Source: Stellaceae bacterium | GTDB lineage: Bacteria; Pseudomonadota; Alphaproteobacteria; ATCC43930; CGMCC-115725 | Assembly (NCBI GenBank): GCA_035648735.1 | Contig: DASRKX010000061.1 | Span: forward strand, 528 to 64,527 | Length of the DNA: 64,000 nt | Direction of reading: 5' to 3' | Shown here: positions 1-9,340 of the stretch, one piece after another | Numbering within the stretch: the stretch's first letter is position 1 | How the letters are laid out: each line of letters starts with the position of its first letter | Translations under genes and position numbers: made by a program | Notes under the pieces: model-generated | The model's input: only the letters and a program-made list of their open reading frames with translations | Database searches by the model: none | What the model was told of the DNA's origin: nothing

Positions 1-701
1 CCCGCCATGACGATGCGGCCGGCCTCGAGCCAGATCACCCGGTTGCACCATTTCCGGATGATCTCGAGCGAATGGCTGGCCAGGACCAGGATCTTGGATT
101 GTCCGATGAACCCGTCGATGCGCTCGGCCGCCTTCGCCAGGAAATGCGCGTCGCCCGCCATCAGCCATTCGTCCATCAGCAGCAGCTCGGGCTTGGTCGC
201 TGTGACGATCGAGAAGGCAAGACGCAGAAACATGCCCGTCGAATAAGTGCGCGCCGGAAAATGGAGAAACTCCCCCAACTCCGAGAACGCGGCGATACCG
301 GGAGCGAGCGCGCGAATCTCCGATGGGTGCATGCCGAGATAAAGCCCGCGCAGAATGATATTCTCGTAACCGGTAGCATCGAGGCTCAGGCCGAGATTGA
401 CATCGAGCAGCGCGTTGACCGCGCCATCGACCGCGACCCGACCGGCGACCGGCTCGTAAATCCCGGCGATGACCCGCAACAGCGTGGTCTTGCCCGCCCC
501 GTTGCGGCCGACGATGCCGACGCGATCACCGTGGTCGACCTGCAACGAAACGCCGTCGAGCGCACGCACGTAAAGGCCGTGACGATCGCTCGCGAAGTTT
601 TTCTTCGTCGTCACGGAGAGCAGCGTCTTGCGCAGCGAGCGTCCGCCCGTGTGGAAGAGCGGAAAATGAATTGACACGTTGTCGAGCGTGATCGACGCCA
701 T
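1..701 (-). CDS. Polysaccharide-export ABC transporter ATP-binding protein (Wzt/KpsT/TagH type); 3-prime end lies beyond the window start
   Basis: Absent from the ORF track because no stop codon lies in the window. My reverse-strand translation from the ATG at 701 reads MASITLDNVSIHFPLF...GIVGRNGAGKTTL (Walker A), YSTGM (signature-like), LLLMDE (Walker B), ASHSLEIIRKWCNRVIWLEAGRIV. It starts 6 nt after the permease stop at 707. Confidence 0.85.
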   Translation of the reverse strand, partial: MASITLDNVSIHFPLFHTGGRSLRKTLLSVTTKKNFASDRHGLYVRALDGVSLQVDHGDRVGIVGRNGAGKTTLLRVIAGIYEPVAGRVAVDGAVNALLDVNLGLSLDATGYENIILRGLYLGMHPSEIRALAPGIAAFSELGEFLHFPARTYSTGMFLRLAFSIVTATKPELLLMDEWLMAGDAHFLAKAAERIDGFIGQSKILVLASHSLEIIRKWCNRVIWLEAGRIVMA

Positions 702-706
702 CGGAG

Positions 707-1540
707 TCAGAGCCAGTACGGAATGCGGGCGCGGTAGCGCGCGAAAAACCATAGCGTCAGCGACCAGCCCGCCGCCGTCGTCGCGAGGGCGACCGCCCAA
801 TGCAGCGAAGCCACCGGGTCGCCCAGCAGCGGCCCGCGGACGATCTCGATCAGAGCATAGAGCGGGTTGAGGTCGATGATCCAGCGCCGGTTCCATCCGG
901 CGAAGGCGGCGGGCGTCCACAAGATCGGCGTGAGAAGGAAAGCAATCTGCAGCAGCGTGCCAACGATCGGCGCGAAATCGCGGAACCGCGCGCAGATCAT
1001 GCCCAGGAGGAGACACATCCAGGCCCCGTTGACCGTCAGCAGCGCGAGGCCCGGCAGGACGAGCAGGCTGCGCGGGTGCAAGGGTATCTGGAAATACACG
1101 GCAATCACGACGTAGACCACCGCGTTGTGCGCCAGCACGATCAGGTTGCGCAACACCGTGCGATTGACATGCGTCGTGAAGGGCATGCGGATTTGCCGGA
1201 TGATCGGTTCGGCGCTGAGAAAGCAGACGCAACCCTCGTTGGCGACGGTGGAAATGAAACCCCACAACGCCATGCCGAGGCAGAGAAACGGCAAATAGCT
1301 GGCGATGCTCTGGTTCAGCACCTTCGAGTAGAGCAGGCCGACCGATAGGCACATGAACCCGGTGCTGATGGTGAGCCAAAACGGGCCGAGAACCGAGCCG
1401 CGATAGCGCTGGACGATGTCCTGCCACGCCATCGCGGTCCATACCCACCAGTGCGCCGAGCCATCCCAGAGATCTTCGATCGCGCGCCGCCAATTGGCGC
1501 GCGCGGACGTCGCGGCGGCATTATTTGCGAATGACGTCAT
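707..1540 (-). CDS. ABC-2 type polysaccharide export permease (Wzm/KpsM-like)
   Basis: ORF 707..1801 trimmed to the ATG at 1540 (MTSFANNAAATS...). Multi-TM sequence typical of ABC-2 permeases (LGPFWLTISTGFMCLSVGLLYSKV..., C-terminal RYRARIPYWL). The upstream part of the tracked ORF overlaps the preceding gene. Confidence 0.85.
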   Translation of the reverse strand: MTSFANNAAATSARANWRRAIEDLWDGSAHWWVWTAMAWQDIVQRYRGSVLGPFWLTISTGFMCLSVGLLYSKVLNQSIASYLPFLCLGMALWGFISTVANEGCVCFLSAEPIIRQIRMPFTTHVNRTVLRNLIVLAHNAVVYVVIAVYFQIPLHPRSLLVLPGLALLTVNGAWMCLLLGMICARFRDFAPIVGTLLQIAFLLTPILWTPAAFAGWNRRWIIDLNPLYALIEIVRGPLLGDPVASLHWAVALATTAAGWSLTLWFFARYRARIPYWL

Positions 1541-2438
1541 CGATTGTCGTCCAAGGATCGCCGACGGTGATGCCGAACCGCGCGGCCATCGCGCTGCTGT
1601 CCAATGTGGTGTGGCGCGGCGCCGCCCCTTCGGGCAGCGCCAAGACGCGCGCGCTGGTCGCCCGGACCAGGGATGGCGCGGCGCCGACGCGCTCGGCGAT
1701 GTAGCCGGCGGCCTGGGCGTAGGTGATGTCGCGCGGCCCGCTAAGTTGGAATATCCCCGGCTCGGCCTGCGCGAGAAGCGCGCGGATCGCGGCCGCGGCA
1801 AGCGCGATGGGCACCGGCGCCATGACCATGGCGTCGACGGCCTCGATGGATTGCCCGGCCGCCAGGCGCTCCGCCCAGCCGCGCAGCAGCGGCATGCCCG
1901 GGGCCAAGACCTTGGCGACCCGCAGGATCGCGACCGGCGCGCCCGATCCGATCATGCCGCGCAATCGCGCTTCGACGCGGGCATTCTGGCGGCCGTACTC
2001 GCTCATCGGGCAGGGGAGCGCATCGGCCGGCACGGCCGGGCGGCTGCCATCGAACACCTTATCGGTCGACAGGAACGCCACATAGATGCCGCGCGCGGTC
2101 AGCTTCTCGATCAGGCGAAGCATCTGGGTCACGTTGATGAAGGCCGAACCCGCCGGATCCGTTTGACAGTCCATGAGCCGGGAGACACCGGCGAGCATAC
2201 AGGCGGCGCGCGTGTCGGCCGGCGGTTGCCAATCCTCGAGGGGTGCCGCGAGATCGAGGAAGGGCCGATTGGGGCCGACATGTGCCGCGTCGCGCGTGGT
2301 CGCGCAGGAATCCTCATTGAGGTCGCGCAGCTGGCGCAAAATCGCCGATCCGATCTGAGAATCACCGCCAACGATCAGCAACCGCCCTGCCCCCGCAACC
2401 GCGCCGCCAAGCGCACCCTTTTCGAGCCCCGCACCCAT
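1521..2438 (-). CDS. RmlD-like / NAD(P)-dependent sugar-nucleotide reductase-epimerase family (SDR) protein
   Basis: Rossmann start LLIVGGDSQIGSAI. RmlD-like STDKVFDG and SEYGRQNARVE segment, with Asn where the YxxxK lysine is expected. Overlaps the permease start by 20 nt. Confidence 0.7.
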   Translation of the reverse strand: MGAGLEKGALGGAVAGAGRLLIVGGDSQIGSAILRQLRDLNEDSCATTRDAAHVGPNRPFLDLAAPLEDWQPPADTRAACMLAGVSRLMDCQTDPAGSAFINVTQMLRLIEKLTARGIYVAFLSTDKVFDGSRPAVPADALPCPMSEYGRQNARVEARLRGMIGSGAPVAILRVAKVLAPGMPLLRGWAERLAAGQSIEAVDAMVMAPVPIALAAAAIRALLAQAEPGIFQLSGPRDITYAQAAGYIAERVGAAPSLVRATSARVLALPEGAAPRHTTLDSSAMAARFGITVGDPWTTIDDVIRK

Positions 2439-2440
2439 CC

Positions 2441-5116
2441 TTACAGGATTTCTGATTTGGCGGCAGGCGATTTCGGCTCGCAGCAGAGTGCCAGCAGATA
2501 ATGCGCCATCGGATAAAAGCCGGTATGGACCACCTCGTCGTTCATCGAGAACAGGAATACCGTCTTGAAGTGGCGTTCGAGCAGCCGCTTGAGCTCGCTT
2601 CCCGTCTTGCAGTTGATGTGCCCGGCCTTGCTCTGAGGCGAGCCGTAGGGTTGGGATTCGAGCGAGGGGCTCCCGACGATGAGAACGCCGCTCTCGGCAA
2701 GCGATGACGAGAGGTGTCGCAGGTAGGTGTCTTCCCGTTCGGGGGCGATGTGCTCGATCACATCGAGGCTGAAAATCGCGTCGTGACGGCGGGGTAACGG
2801 ACCGGCGAGAATATCGTGGACATGCGCCTCGACCGGCCAGCGCGAGGAATGGCGGCGGCGAATATCCTCGATGAAGAGCGGATCGAAATCGTAGACGGTT
2901 ATTTTTTGCACCTCCTGGAGCACGAGGCGGCTGGCGAAGGCGTCGCCGCAGCCGATTTCGGCCACGTCGCGCCGTCCGCTCAGCATCTTGGAGACGAATT
3001 TGTAGCGCGCGAGGATGAAACCGAGGCGGCGTGGATCGTCATGCCAGATCTGATTCGTCATCAGGCCGAGCGTCGCGATGCCAATTTGGTCGCGGACGTC
3101 GAGCAGATCCTGGTATTGCGGTTCCTTGGTGAGCGTTTCCCTCGCCTTGACGGCATCGACGGGTTTGCGACTCCCGGCCGGCGCGACCCCGCGCTCGACG
3201 CGCAGAACCATATAGGCGCTTGAGACGCGACGTGGCGCTGTCTTGCCGCCCTGGGCGCGCCGAATAGCCGCGTTGCAGGCAAGGCTGACGCCGAGCATGA
3301 CCGGTAGCTTCACCGCCTGCAGCGGCAGCCTGAACAGCATCCGCCATGATCCCGAAACGATGTCGATCAGTTCGCCGACCGAGCGCCGGGAGAGCGAATC
3401 CGAAAGGCCGGCGATCGAGCGGTAAACCATCGAACGCAGGCGGCTTCCCGGCACATAATGCATTTCGAGCGGGGTCACCGTCGGCCGCAGAATGTGCGCG
3501 GCGCTCAGGGCCAGCGCATGGCCGAAGGTCCCGTCGTCGGAAATCCGATGCGGGTTGCGGACGAGAACGAGGATTTGGCTGCCAACCTTCATCGACGGCA
3601 GCACGCGGTCGATAATCTCTTCCACCCGCGCGAGGCCGCACGGCGCAATCTCGATCAGGCAAAGCTCATGGGTGTCCCTCGGCACGACCTCGGATTCATC
3701 GTCGGCGCCAAGCAGCTGCCACACGGGCATCCGGATCGAATGCGGCGCCGCATCGCCGAGCCAATCAGTGAGAATGCTGGGCGTCTCGGAGACGACCAGA
3801 AGACGCCGCGACGGCCCGGCCAGGAACGCCTCAAGCTTGGCGAGCGGCAAGCGGAGATCGGGCCACAGCGGATGCCAAAGCGGCAAATTCGGCGGCGAAC
3901 CCACCACGCGGCGGCGCAGGCGGTCAGCCCAACGCAGCAGGCCGAAAGCCGGACGGCCGCCTGCCCCGCCCGTGGCGTCGGTCTTGTGCCGCGCCGCCGC
4001 TTCGAAAGCCGCGATGGCTCCGCGCCAATAAGGATGGTCGCGATAAGGCTGCGGCTCCGGCGCCATGGCCTGGCCGATTTCGGCGATGAACGCGTCGGCC
4101 GCGGCCGAAATCGCGGGCAGCGCGGCGGGCGGCGCAGCGGCATGGAAGACAAGCCGATAGCCCGCGTTGCGGCGATGCTGGGCCGTCGTCCATTCCGAAA
4201 GATGGGCGGCGAGCGCGGTGGAATCGATCGGCCCCAGGCGCAGGAAGCGCTCCTCGTGATGATAGGGCTGCATCTCGACGACGAGATATTCGTCTGAGTC
4301 CGTCAGCATGGCGATGGTGCCCGACGGACACATCTCGGGTACGAAGGAATAGTCGCAGGACGCGCCGACCACGAATTCGACGATCTCGGGCCGGATGCCG
4401 ATCATGTGCATGAGATAGAAACGGCCGATCATGGTCTCGGCGTCGACCCGCCAGAAAAGCCGGTTGGCATGGCGGGCGTGCGACATCGGCAGATTGACCG
4501 TATTCGCCATCGTCACCGGATGCAGATGGGGCAGCGCCCAGCGCATCAGTTCGCGGGCGGGCAGCGCCAGGACGGGTTCGGCCGGATCGAGGCGCTTGGC
4601 CAGCCACGGCCCGGCGTCCTCCTCGACGATCTGGAAATTGCCGGCGAGCACCGCGCTGGCGCCCGCACGCAGGCGGGCGAGCACCGAGGATAACGAGCCG
4701 TCCGCCATGATGTAGTCCGAGACCAGAAAGATGAAACAGCTATCCACCATCGCCGGACCCACGGCGCGCACCGCGCGGGCATAGGCCAGGGTTACGGTGG
4801 TCGAGTAATTTCCGTCGCTGATAAGATCGTCGATCGGCTCGAAACGGACCGCGCAGATCGCGGCGAGACGACTGAAAGCGCGGTGCGCCCGGATCGTGGC
4901 TTCGTCCCGGCGGCGCGTCAGGAATACGAATTCCGTCGGCAAGGCCTTCGCAAGTCCGGGAATATTTCCGGGTGCCAGGAGGGTCGGAAGGCTGACCGTC
5001 AGGAATTGCTGGATGAACCGCTGCCCCCAGACCGGCAGCAGCAGCTTGACCGCGCTCGGCGGCGGCCGAGTTGCCGCGGACGACGTCAAGCCAAATGCCG
5101 TACGGTCTTCAGGCAT
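2441..5116 (-). CDS. 891-aa multidomain protein: unassigned roughly 600-aa N-terminal region plus C-terminal class I SAM-dependent methyltransferase
   Basis: C-terminus carries VAEIGCGDAFASRL (motif I), IFSLDVIEHIAPE and GVLIVGSP. The N-terminal part (LLLPVWGQRFIQQFL...VSDYIMADGS) matches no family I can name by eye. Its stop is 2 nt from the next start. Confidence 0.8.
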   Translation of the reverse strand: MPEDRTAFGLTSSAATRPPPSAVKLLLPVWGQRFIQQFLTVSLPTLLAPGNIPGLAKALPTEFVFLTRRRDEATIRAHRAFSRLAAICAVRFEPIDDLISDGNYSTTVTLAYARAVRAVGPAMVDSCFIFLVSDYIMADGSLSSVLARLRAGASAVLAGNFQIVEEDAGPWLAKRLDPAEPVLALPARELMRWALPHLHPVTMANTVNLPMSHARHANRLFWRVDAETMIGRFYLMHMIGIRPEIVEFVVGASCDYSFVPEMCPSGTIAMLTDSDEYLVVEMQPYHHEERFLRLGPIDSTALAAHLSEWTTAQHRRNAGYRLVFHAAAPPAALPAISAAADAFIAEIGQAMAPEPQPYRDHPYWRGAIAAFEAAARHKTDATGGAGGRPAFGLLRWADRLRRRVVGSPPNLPLWHPLWPDLRLPLAKLEAFLAGPSRRLLVVSETPSILTDWLGDAAPHSIRMPVWQLLGADDESEVVPRDTHELCLIEIAPCGLARVEEIIDRVLPSMKVGSQILVLVRNPHRISDDGTFGHALALSAAHILRPTVTPLEMHYVPGSRLRSMVYRSIAGLSDSLSRRSVGELIDIVSGSWRMLFRLPLQAVKLPVMLGVSLACNAAIRRAQGGKTAPRRVSSAYMVLRVERGVAPAGSRKPVDAVKARETLTKEPQYQDLLDVRDQIGIATLGLMTNQIWHDDPRRLGFILARYKFVSKMLSGRRDVAEIGCGDAFASRLVLQEVQKITVYDFDPLFIEDIRRRHSSRWPVEAHVHDILAGPLPRRHDAIFSLDVIEHIAPEREDTYLRHLSSSLAESGVLIVGSPSLESQPYGSPQSKAGHINCKTGSELKRLLERHFKTVFLFSMNDEVVHTGFYPMAHYLLALCCEPKSPAAKSEIL

Positions 5117-5412
5117 CGGAGTCCTCGACCGGCTGTTTCCGGCTCACCGCGGCTGTTATGATCGCCTGCCGCGCGATCGAGTAAAACCACGCCGGTAGTA
5201 GCGCGAAGCCCTGGCCTCTCGTCGGTGCACCCGTGCCGGCCGGCTTTACCAAGACCATCTTGCGAGCCATCGATGTCGACGTTGAACCCGCCGTATGCCG
5301 CATCCAGTATCGGATTGCATTCGAGCGACCTTGATAGGGTAGGTCTGAGGCTAGTTCGATGGGTCCCGTATCGGGCGGCGTTTACCAAAGACGAGTGGAA
5401 ATCCGAAGCACG
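5117..5412. promoter_or_regulatory. 296-nt divergent intergenic region (presumed promoters for the 5116<- and 5413-> units)
   Basis: Largest non-coding gap in the window, lying between divergently oriented genes. No promoter hexamers can be called with confidence. Contains GCCGGTAG (5191-5198, plus strand), a 7/8 match to the ops core. Confidence 0.35.
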
Positions 5413-6381
5413 ATGAACAGGTTAGAAGAATTTGTCGATATCTTCAACGGCGTGAAGCCATGGGCCGGCTTTGTTCCGAAAGGCCACCTTGTGGACTTCC
5501 TCGGCACTCTGACCGACGCGCGATTCCAGCCTTTATCGGTGCGTGATCCGTCGTCGCTCGGCGGCGGCCAGATCGAAACCCGCTTGCCGGTCATCGGCGA
5601 CGGCGAGGCGTGGTTCGAGGCAGTCAATTGGATTGCGGCCGCGCGCGCGGCGCGCGAGCGGTTCGTCATGATCACGCTCGGCGCCTGCTTCGGCGCCCAG
5701 GCGGTGGGGAGCTACCGGGCCGTTCAACGCCTCAATCCGCTGCCCTGCCTGCTCGTGGCGGTCGAGCCCGAGCCCGCGAATTTCCAATGGCTGCATCGGC
5801 ATCTGCGCGACAACGGCATCGATCCCGATGCGCATTGGCTGGTGCCGCTGGCGCTGAGCGACGGCAACGATCCGGTATTCTTTCCGGTGGGCTCTCCGGG
5901 CACTGGGGCGCAGAACTGCTTTTCGACCAATCACGCCGACGCGCGGCGCTATTACGCCGACCAGCTGATCGCTTCGCGGAGCCCAAAGGAGGCGTTGCGC
6001 AACCTGCTGATCAAGAACACGACCGGCCTGACCAAGGATCTTGTTCCCGGCGCCAATGTCATGGCCGAGATCAAATCGCTCAGCGCCATCACGCTGCGCG
6101 ACCTGCTCGGCCCGCTGCCGCTCGTCGATTATCTCGAATCCGACATCCAGCAATCGGAAGCCATCGTCTTTCCGCCCTTCATCGATCTCCTGAAGCGCAA
6201 GGTGCGGCGCATCCATATCGGAACGCACGGACTCGACACGCATCGCATGCTGCACGATCTGTTCGCCGAGCATGGCTGGGAGATCGTGTTCAGCTTCGCG
6301 CCCAACGCCAAGCATGACAGCGCCCTCGGCGGCTTCGAGACCAATGACGGCGTGCTGACGGTCCGCAATCGTGATCTCTGA
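5413..6381 (+). CDS. FkbM-family methyltransferase
   Basis: ORF 5359..6381 trimmed to ATG 5413 (MNRLEEF). FkbM-like blocks ITLGACFGAQAV, VAVEPEPANFQWLHRHLRDNGI, VDYLESDIQQSE. Confidence 0.75.
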   Translation: MNRLEEFVDIFNGVKPWAGFVPKGHLVDFLGTLTDARFQPLSVRDPSSLGGGQIETRLPVIGDGEAWFEAVNWIAAARAARERFVMITLGACFGAQAVGSYRAVQRLNPLPCLLVAVEPEPANFQWLHRHLRDNGIDPDAHWLVPLALSDGNDPVFFPVGSPGTGAQNCFSTNHADARRYYADQLIASRSPKEALRNLLIKNTTGLTKDLVPGANVMAEIKSLSAITLRDLLGPLPLVDYLESDIQQSEAIVFPPFIDLLKRKVRRIHIGTHGLDTHRMLHDLFAEHGWEIVFSFAPNAKHDSALGGFETNDGVLTVRNRDL

Positions 6382-6407
6382 CGAATTCCGGCCTTGATCG
6401 GCGCGCG

Positions 6408-7379
6408 ATGACTGCCCCCAGCCTCACGGTAATTCTGACCAACCGCGATCACGGCCGCTTTCTGCCGCAATCGCTTTCGGCGCTGCTGGCGCAGACCCGG
6501 CCGGCCGACGAGATCATCGCCATCGACGACGTCTCAAGCGACGACAGCGTCGCGATCATGACGCGCATCCTGGCGGGCCGCCCCACGGCCCGGATCATCC
6601 GCAATGAAACGCATCTAGGGGTCGTGCGCAGCTTGAACCGCGGATTGGCGATGGCGCGGAGCGACGTGGTGTTTTTCATGGCCGCCGACGATTTGACGTA
6701 TCCAACCCTGTTCGCGACCGGCATGACGCTGCTCGATGCCCATCCGCAAGCGGGCTTGTTCTCGTCGCGCAGCCACGCGATCGACGAGGCCGGGCGGAGC
6801 GAGGGGATCATACCGACGCCCATCCCCCTCTCCCGTGCCGGCTTCATCCCGCCAGCGGCCGCGGCCCGCCTGCTAATGCGCGAGGTCAGCTGGTTCATGG
6901 GCAATACCACGCTCTATCGCCGCGCGGCGCTCGCGGCACCGGGCGGTTTTCCCGAAGAGCTGGGCTCGTTCACCGACGGCTACATCTCGCAGGTGCTGGC
7001 ATTGACCCACGGCGCTTGCTTCTCGCCCGAGGTGCTGGGCGCCTGGCGCCGGCTCGAGGGCGGCTATTCGTGGTCGCTGAGCACCAACGCCGGCGAGGCC
7101 GAGCGCCTGGTCGCGCGCACGGTGGCCCTCATGGCCGCCGCCGGATCGCCGTTTCCCGCCGGCTATGCCGGCCGTTGGCGGCGGCGCTTCTTGTTCGGAC
7201 TCCGCCGCTTCGCGTTGCGGCAGGCGCGCCGCAAGGCCGCCGGGCGCAGCCTCCCGGAACGCCTCGCCGGCGCCGGCGTGGAGCTGGTGGAGACCGCCTG
7301 GCTGATGATGACCTTGCGATTTTGGGATATCGTGGCGGTGGCGCGGCGGCGCCTCTATTATTATTTCGCCGAGCGCTGA
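6408..7379 (+). CDS. Family 2 glycosyltransferase (GT-A fold)
   Basis: N-terminal LTVILTNRDHGRFLPQSLSALLAQTRPADEIIAIDDVSSDDS, then FMAADD (DxD-like). Confidence 0.85.
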   Translation: MTAPSLTVILTNRDHGRFLPQSLSALLAQTRPADEIIAIDDVSSDDSVAIMTRILAGRPTARIIRNETHLGVVRSLNRGLAMARSDVVFFMAADDLTYPTLFATGMTLLDAHPQAGLFSSRSHAIDEAGRSEGIIPTPIPLSRAGFIPPAAAARLLMREVSWFMGNTTLYRRAALAAPGGFPEELGSFTDGYISQVLALTHGACFSPEVLGAWRRLEGGYSWSLSTNAGEAERLVARTVALMAAAGSPFPAGYAGRWRRRFLFGLRRFALRQARRKAAGRSLPERLAGAGVELVETAWLMMTLRFWDIVAVARRRLYYYFAER

Positions 7380-7383
7380 TCGG

Positions 7384-8322
7384 GTGGAAGCCCGCAGCCG
7401 CGCCTCGGACGGAAAGTCAAAGAAAACGATGGCTCTCGGCAGCGACACGATCGATCTTCTGATCCGCTTGCGCGCGGCGGGATGCATCCCGGCTGAGCCG
7501 GCGGTCGTCGAGATCGGCGCCCAGCAATTGGGCGACGGCCTCCTCGCCGCGCGCGCCGAGCTCGAGAATTTGGGAGGCATTTTCGGCGCCGCCGGCGCCT
7601 GTCCGCTGCCGCCGCCACTGCCGACATCCGCCGGCATCGCCCATGGCGAGCTGAAGAAGCTCGATCCCGCCGCCCCCATGGCGCGCGATTTCTGGACCTG
7701 GCTCGGCTTCCAATACGCCGCGATCGACATCGACGGCAGCCCGGGCAGCATTCCCCTCGATCTCAATTTCGACGCGGTGCCCGACGACGCCGCGGGAAAG
7801 TTCGACCTGGTGACGAATTTCGGCACGACCGAGCACGTCGCCAACCAGCTCAACGCCTTCAAGGTGGTCCACGATCTGGCGGCGCTTGGCGGCGTCATGC
7901 TGCACCATTTGCCGGCGCAGGGCATGCTCAATCACGGGCTGATCAATTACAATCCGAAGTTCTTTTGGATGCTCGCGCGCAGCAACGGCTACAAATGGCT
8001 TTACGCCGACTTCACCTGGGCGCCGACCTCCTATGAATTGCCGCGGAATATCATCGAGCATATGACGCCCTTCGCGCCCGACATCGCCGCGCGCCTGCGC
8101 GACTACCGAACCGCCGATTGCGGGATCGTCGTGGCGCTGCAAAAGGTCTTCGATATTCCCTTCGTGCCGCCCCTCGACGTCAACACCGGCACGCGCACGG
8201 ACAATCCGGCGCTGGCGCGGCGCTATTGGACGGTATTCACGCCGCACGCTTTCGCCACGCGTCGCGCCGGCGCGTGGTGGCGCGACAAATTAGGACTGGG
8301 TAGGCGGCGTGGCGGATCTTAG
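7384..8322 (+). CDS. Class I SAM-dependent methyltransferase-like protein
   Basis: VVEIGAQQ..., FDLVTNFGTTEHVANQLNAFKVVHDLAALGGVMLHHLP. The start is ambiguous: GTG 7384 (4 nt after the GT2 stop) or ATG 7429. Confidence 0.65.
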   Translation: MEARSRASDGKSKKTMALGSDTIDLLIRLRAAGCIPAEPAVVEIGAQQLGDGLLAARAELENLGGIFGAAGACPLPPPLPTSAGIAHGELKKLDPAAPMARDFWTWLGFQYAAIDIDGSPGSIPLDLNFDAVPDDAAGKFDLVTNFGTTEHVANQLNAFKVVHDLAALGGVMLHHLPAQGMLNHGLINYNPKFFWMLARSNGYKWLYADFTWAPTSYELPRNIIEHMTPFAPDIAARLRDYRTADCGIVVALQKVFDIPFVPPLDVNTGTRTDNPALARRYWTVFTPHAFATRRAGAWWRDKLGLGRRRGGS

Positions 8323-9133
8323 GCCCCTCCTCGATCGTCTTTATCCGGACGGTGATCCCGGCGCGCCCGACGCGCTGCTGACCCGGCTGGTCAACGATTT
8401 GGCCGAGACGCTGGCACGGACGCACCTCTCGGTGTCCTGGGGCGATCGGCTGCTCACTCTCGACAAGAGCGCCGGCTTCATGGCGGTCCCGGCCTTCGCC
8501 GCCGCCCTGAAGTCGATCCGCGGCAGCCATGTCTACGACCAATATGGCGGACCGGACGGCATCGCCTGGCGGCTCAATACGCTGTGCTGGGCGGCGCGGC
8601 GCGCCTTGCAGGTCGGCGGCGATTTCGTCGAATGCGGCGTCTTCAAGGGCGACATGGCTTATGTGGTGGCGCAAACCATCGGCGCCGCGCGCATCCCGCG
8701 CTTCTGGCTCTACGACAGCTTTGCCGGCTTCTCGCCGGAATTATCGAGCGACGCGGATTTTCCGGACAATCCCGGCTTCATCGGCTTCGCCAACCGTTTT
8801 TATGCCGCCGATGGTCTCTACGAATCCGTGCGCGACCGCTTCGCGCCTTATCCGAATGTCGTCGTCGTCAAGGGATTCCTGCCGCAAGCCCTCGACGAAC
8901 AGGCGCCCGAGCGGATCGGCTATCTTCACGTCGATTTGAATTCGCCGCGCGCCGAGATCGCCGTGCTCGAGCGGCTGTTCGATCGCGTCGTGCCGAACGG
9001 CGTCATCGTCTTCGACGATTACGGCTGGAAGGGATTTCGCAAGCAAAAGGAGGCGGAGGACGCCTTCATGCGCGCGCGCGGCCACGAAATCCTGGAACTG
9101 CCGACCGGCCAGGGGCTGGTGGTGAAGCGCTAA
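8309..9133 (+). CDS. TylF/MycF-family (macrocin-O-methyltransferase-like) sugar O-methyltransferase
   Basis: GDFVECGVFKGDMAYV, LYDSFAGFS, YLHVDLNSPRAEIAVLERLFDRVVPNGVIVFDDYGW. GTG start overlaps the previous gene by 14 nt. Confidence 0.8.
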   Translation: MADLRPLLDRLYPDGDPGAPDALLTRLVNDLAETLARTHLSVSWGDRLLTLDKSAGFMAVPAFAAALKSIRGSHVYDQYGGPDGIAWRLNTLCWAARRALQVGGDFVECGVFKGDMAYVVAQTIGAARIPRFWLYDSFAGFSPELSSDADFPDNPGFIGFANRFYAADGLYESVRDRFAPYPNVVVVKGFLPQALDEQAPERIGYLHVDLNSPRAEIAVLERLFDRVVPNGVIVFDDYGWKGFRKQKEAEDAFMRARGHEILELPTGQGLVVKR

Positions 9134-9136
9134 TAT

Positions 9137-9340
9137 ATGTTTCAAAGTGAAATTTTTACGCGGAGACTCCTTTTCACCCGACTCATCCTGCCGGTGCTTG
9201 GCGCGGTTTTCCTCATCGGCGCGATCGAGCTCGCCATCGAGCTGCATTACCATCCGGCTTCTGGCAAAAAACATCTTGGCTGCTGCATGACCCGTACCGC
9301 GGTGAGCAATTCGATCGGGTCGAGATGTATGAAAGGCTGA
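9137..9340 (+). CDS. 67-aa ORF encoding one TM helix; probably the detached N-terminal membrane anchor of the next gene
   Basis: ATG lies 3 nt after the TylF-like stop. Hydrophobic stretch LILPVLGAVFLIGAIELAI. The frame changes at the A6 run 9266-9271 relative to ORF 9325..10719. Confidence 0.4.
   Translation: MFQSEIFTRRLLFTRLILPVLGAVFLIGAIELAIELHYHPASGKKHLGCCMTRTAVSNSIGSRCMKG

Noticed and set aside
72-674. Long ORFs antisense to, or out of frame with, the called genes. Examples: 72-674 +, 1416-2501 +, 3458-4297 +, 6873-7931 -, 7417-8247 -, 10276-11598 -, 14767-15765 +, 16940-17833 +, 27404-29005 +, 30578-31741 +, 42857-44386 +, 56552-57787 +.
   Set aside because: They are typical high-GC artefacts. 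Their translations are Arg/Ala/Gly/Pro-rich with no recognisable motifs, whereas the opposite or alternate frame carries clear family motifs.
730-741. Second 10/12 ops-like match (CGCGGTAGCGCG on the plus strand).
   Set aside because: It lies inside the permease coding region on the antisense strand. By my rough base-composition estimate, about 5 chance occurrences of the 8-mer core are expected in the window.
5349-5366. GTTCGAT, a T-loop-like sequence suggesting a tRNA in the 296-nt gap.
   Set aside because: The flanking bases do not form a T-stem, and no acceptor or anticodon arms can be drawn.
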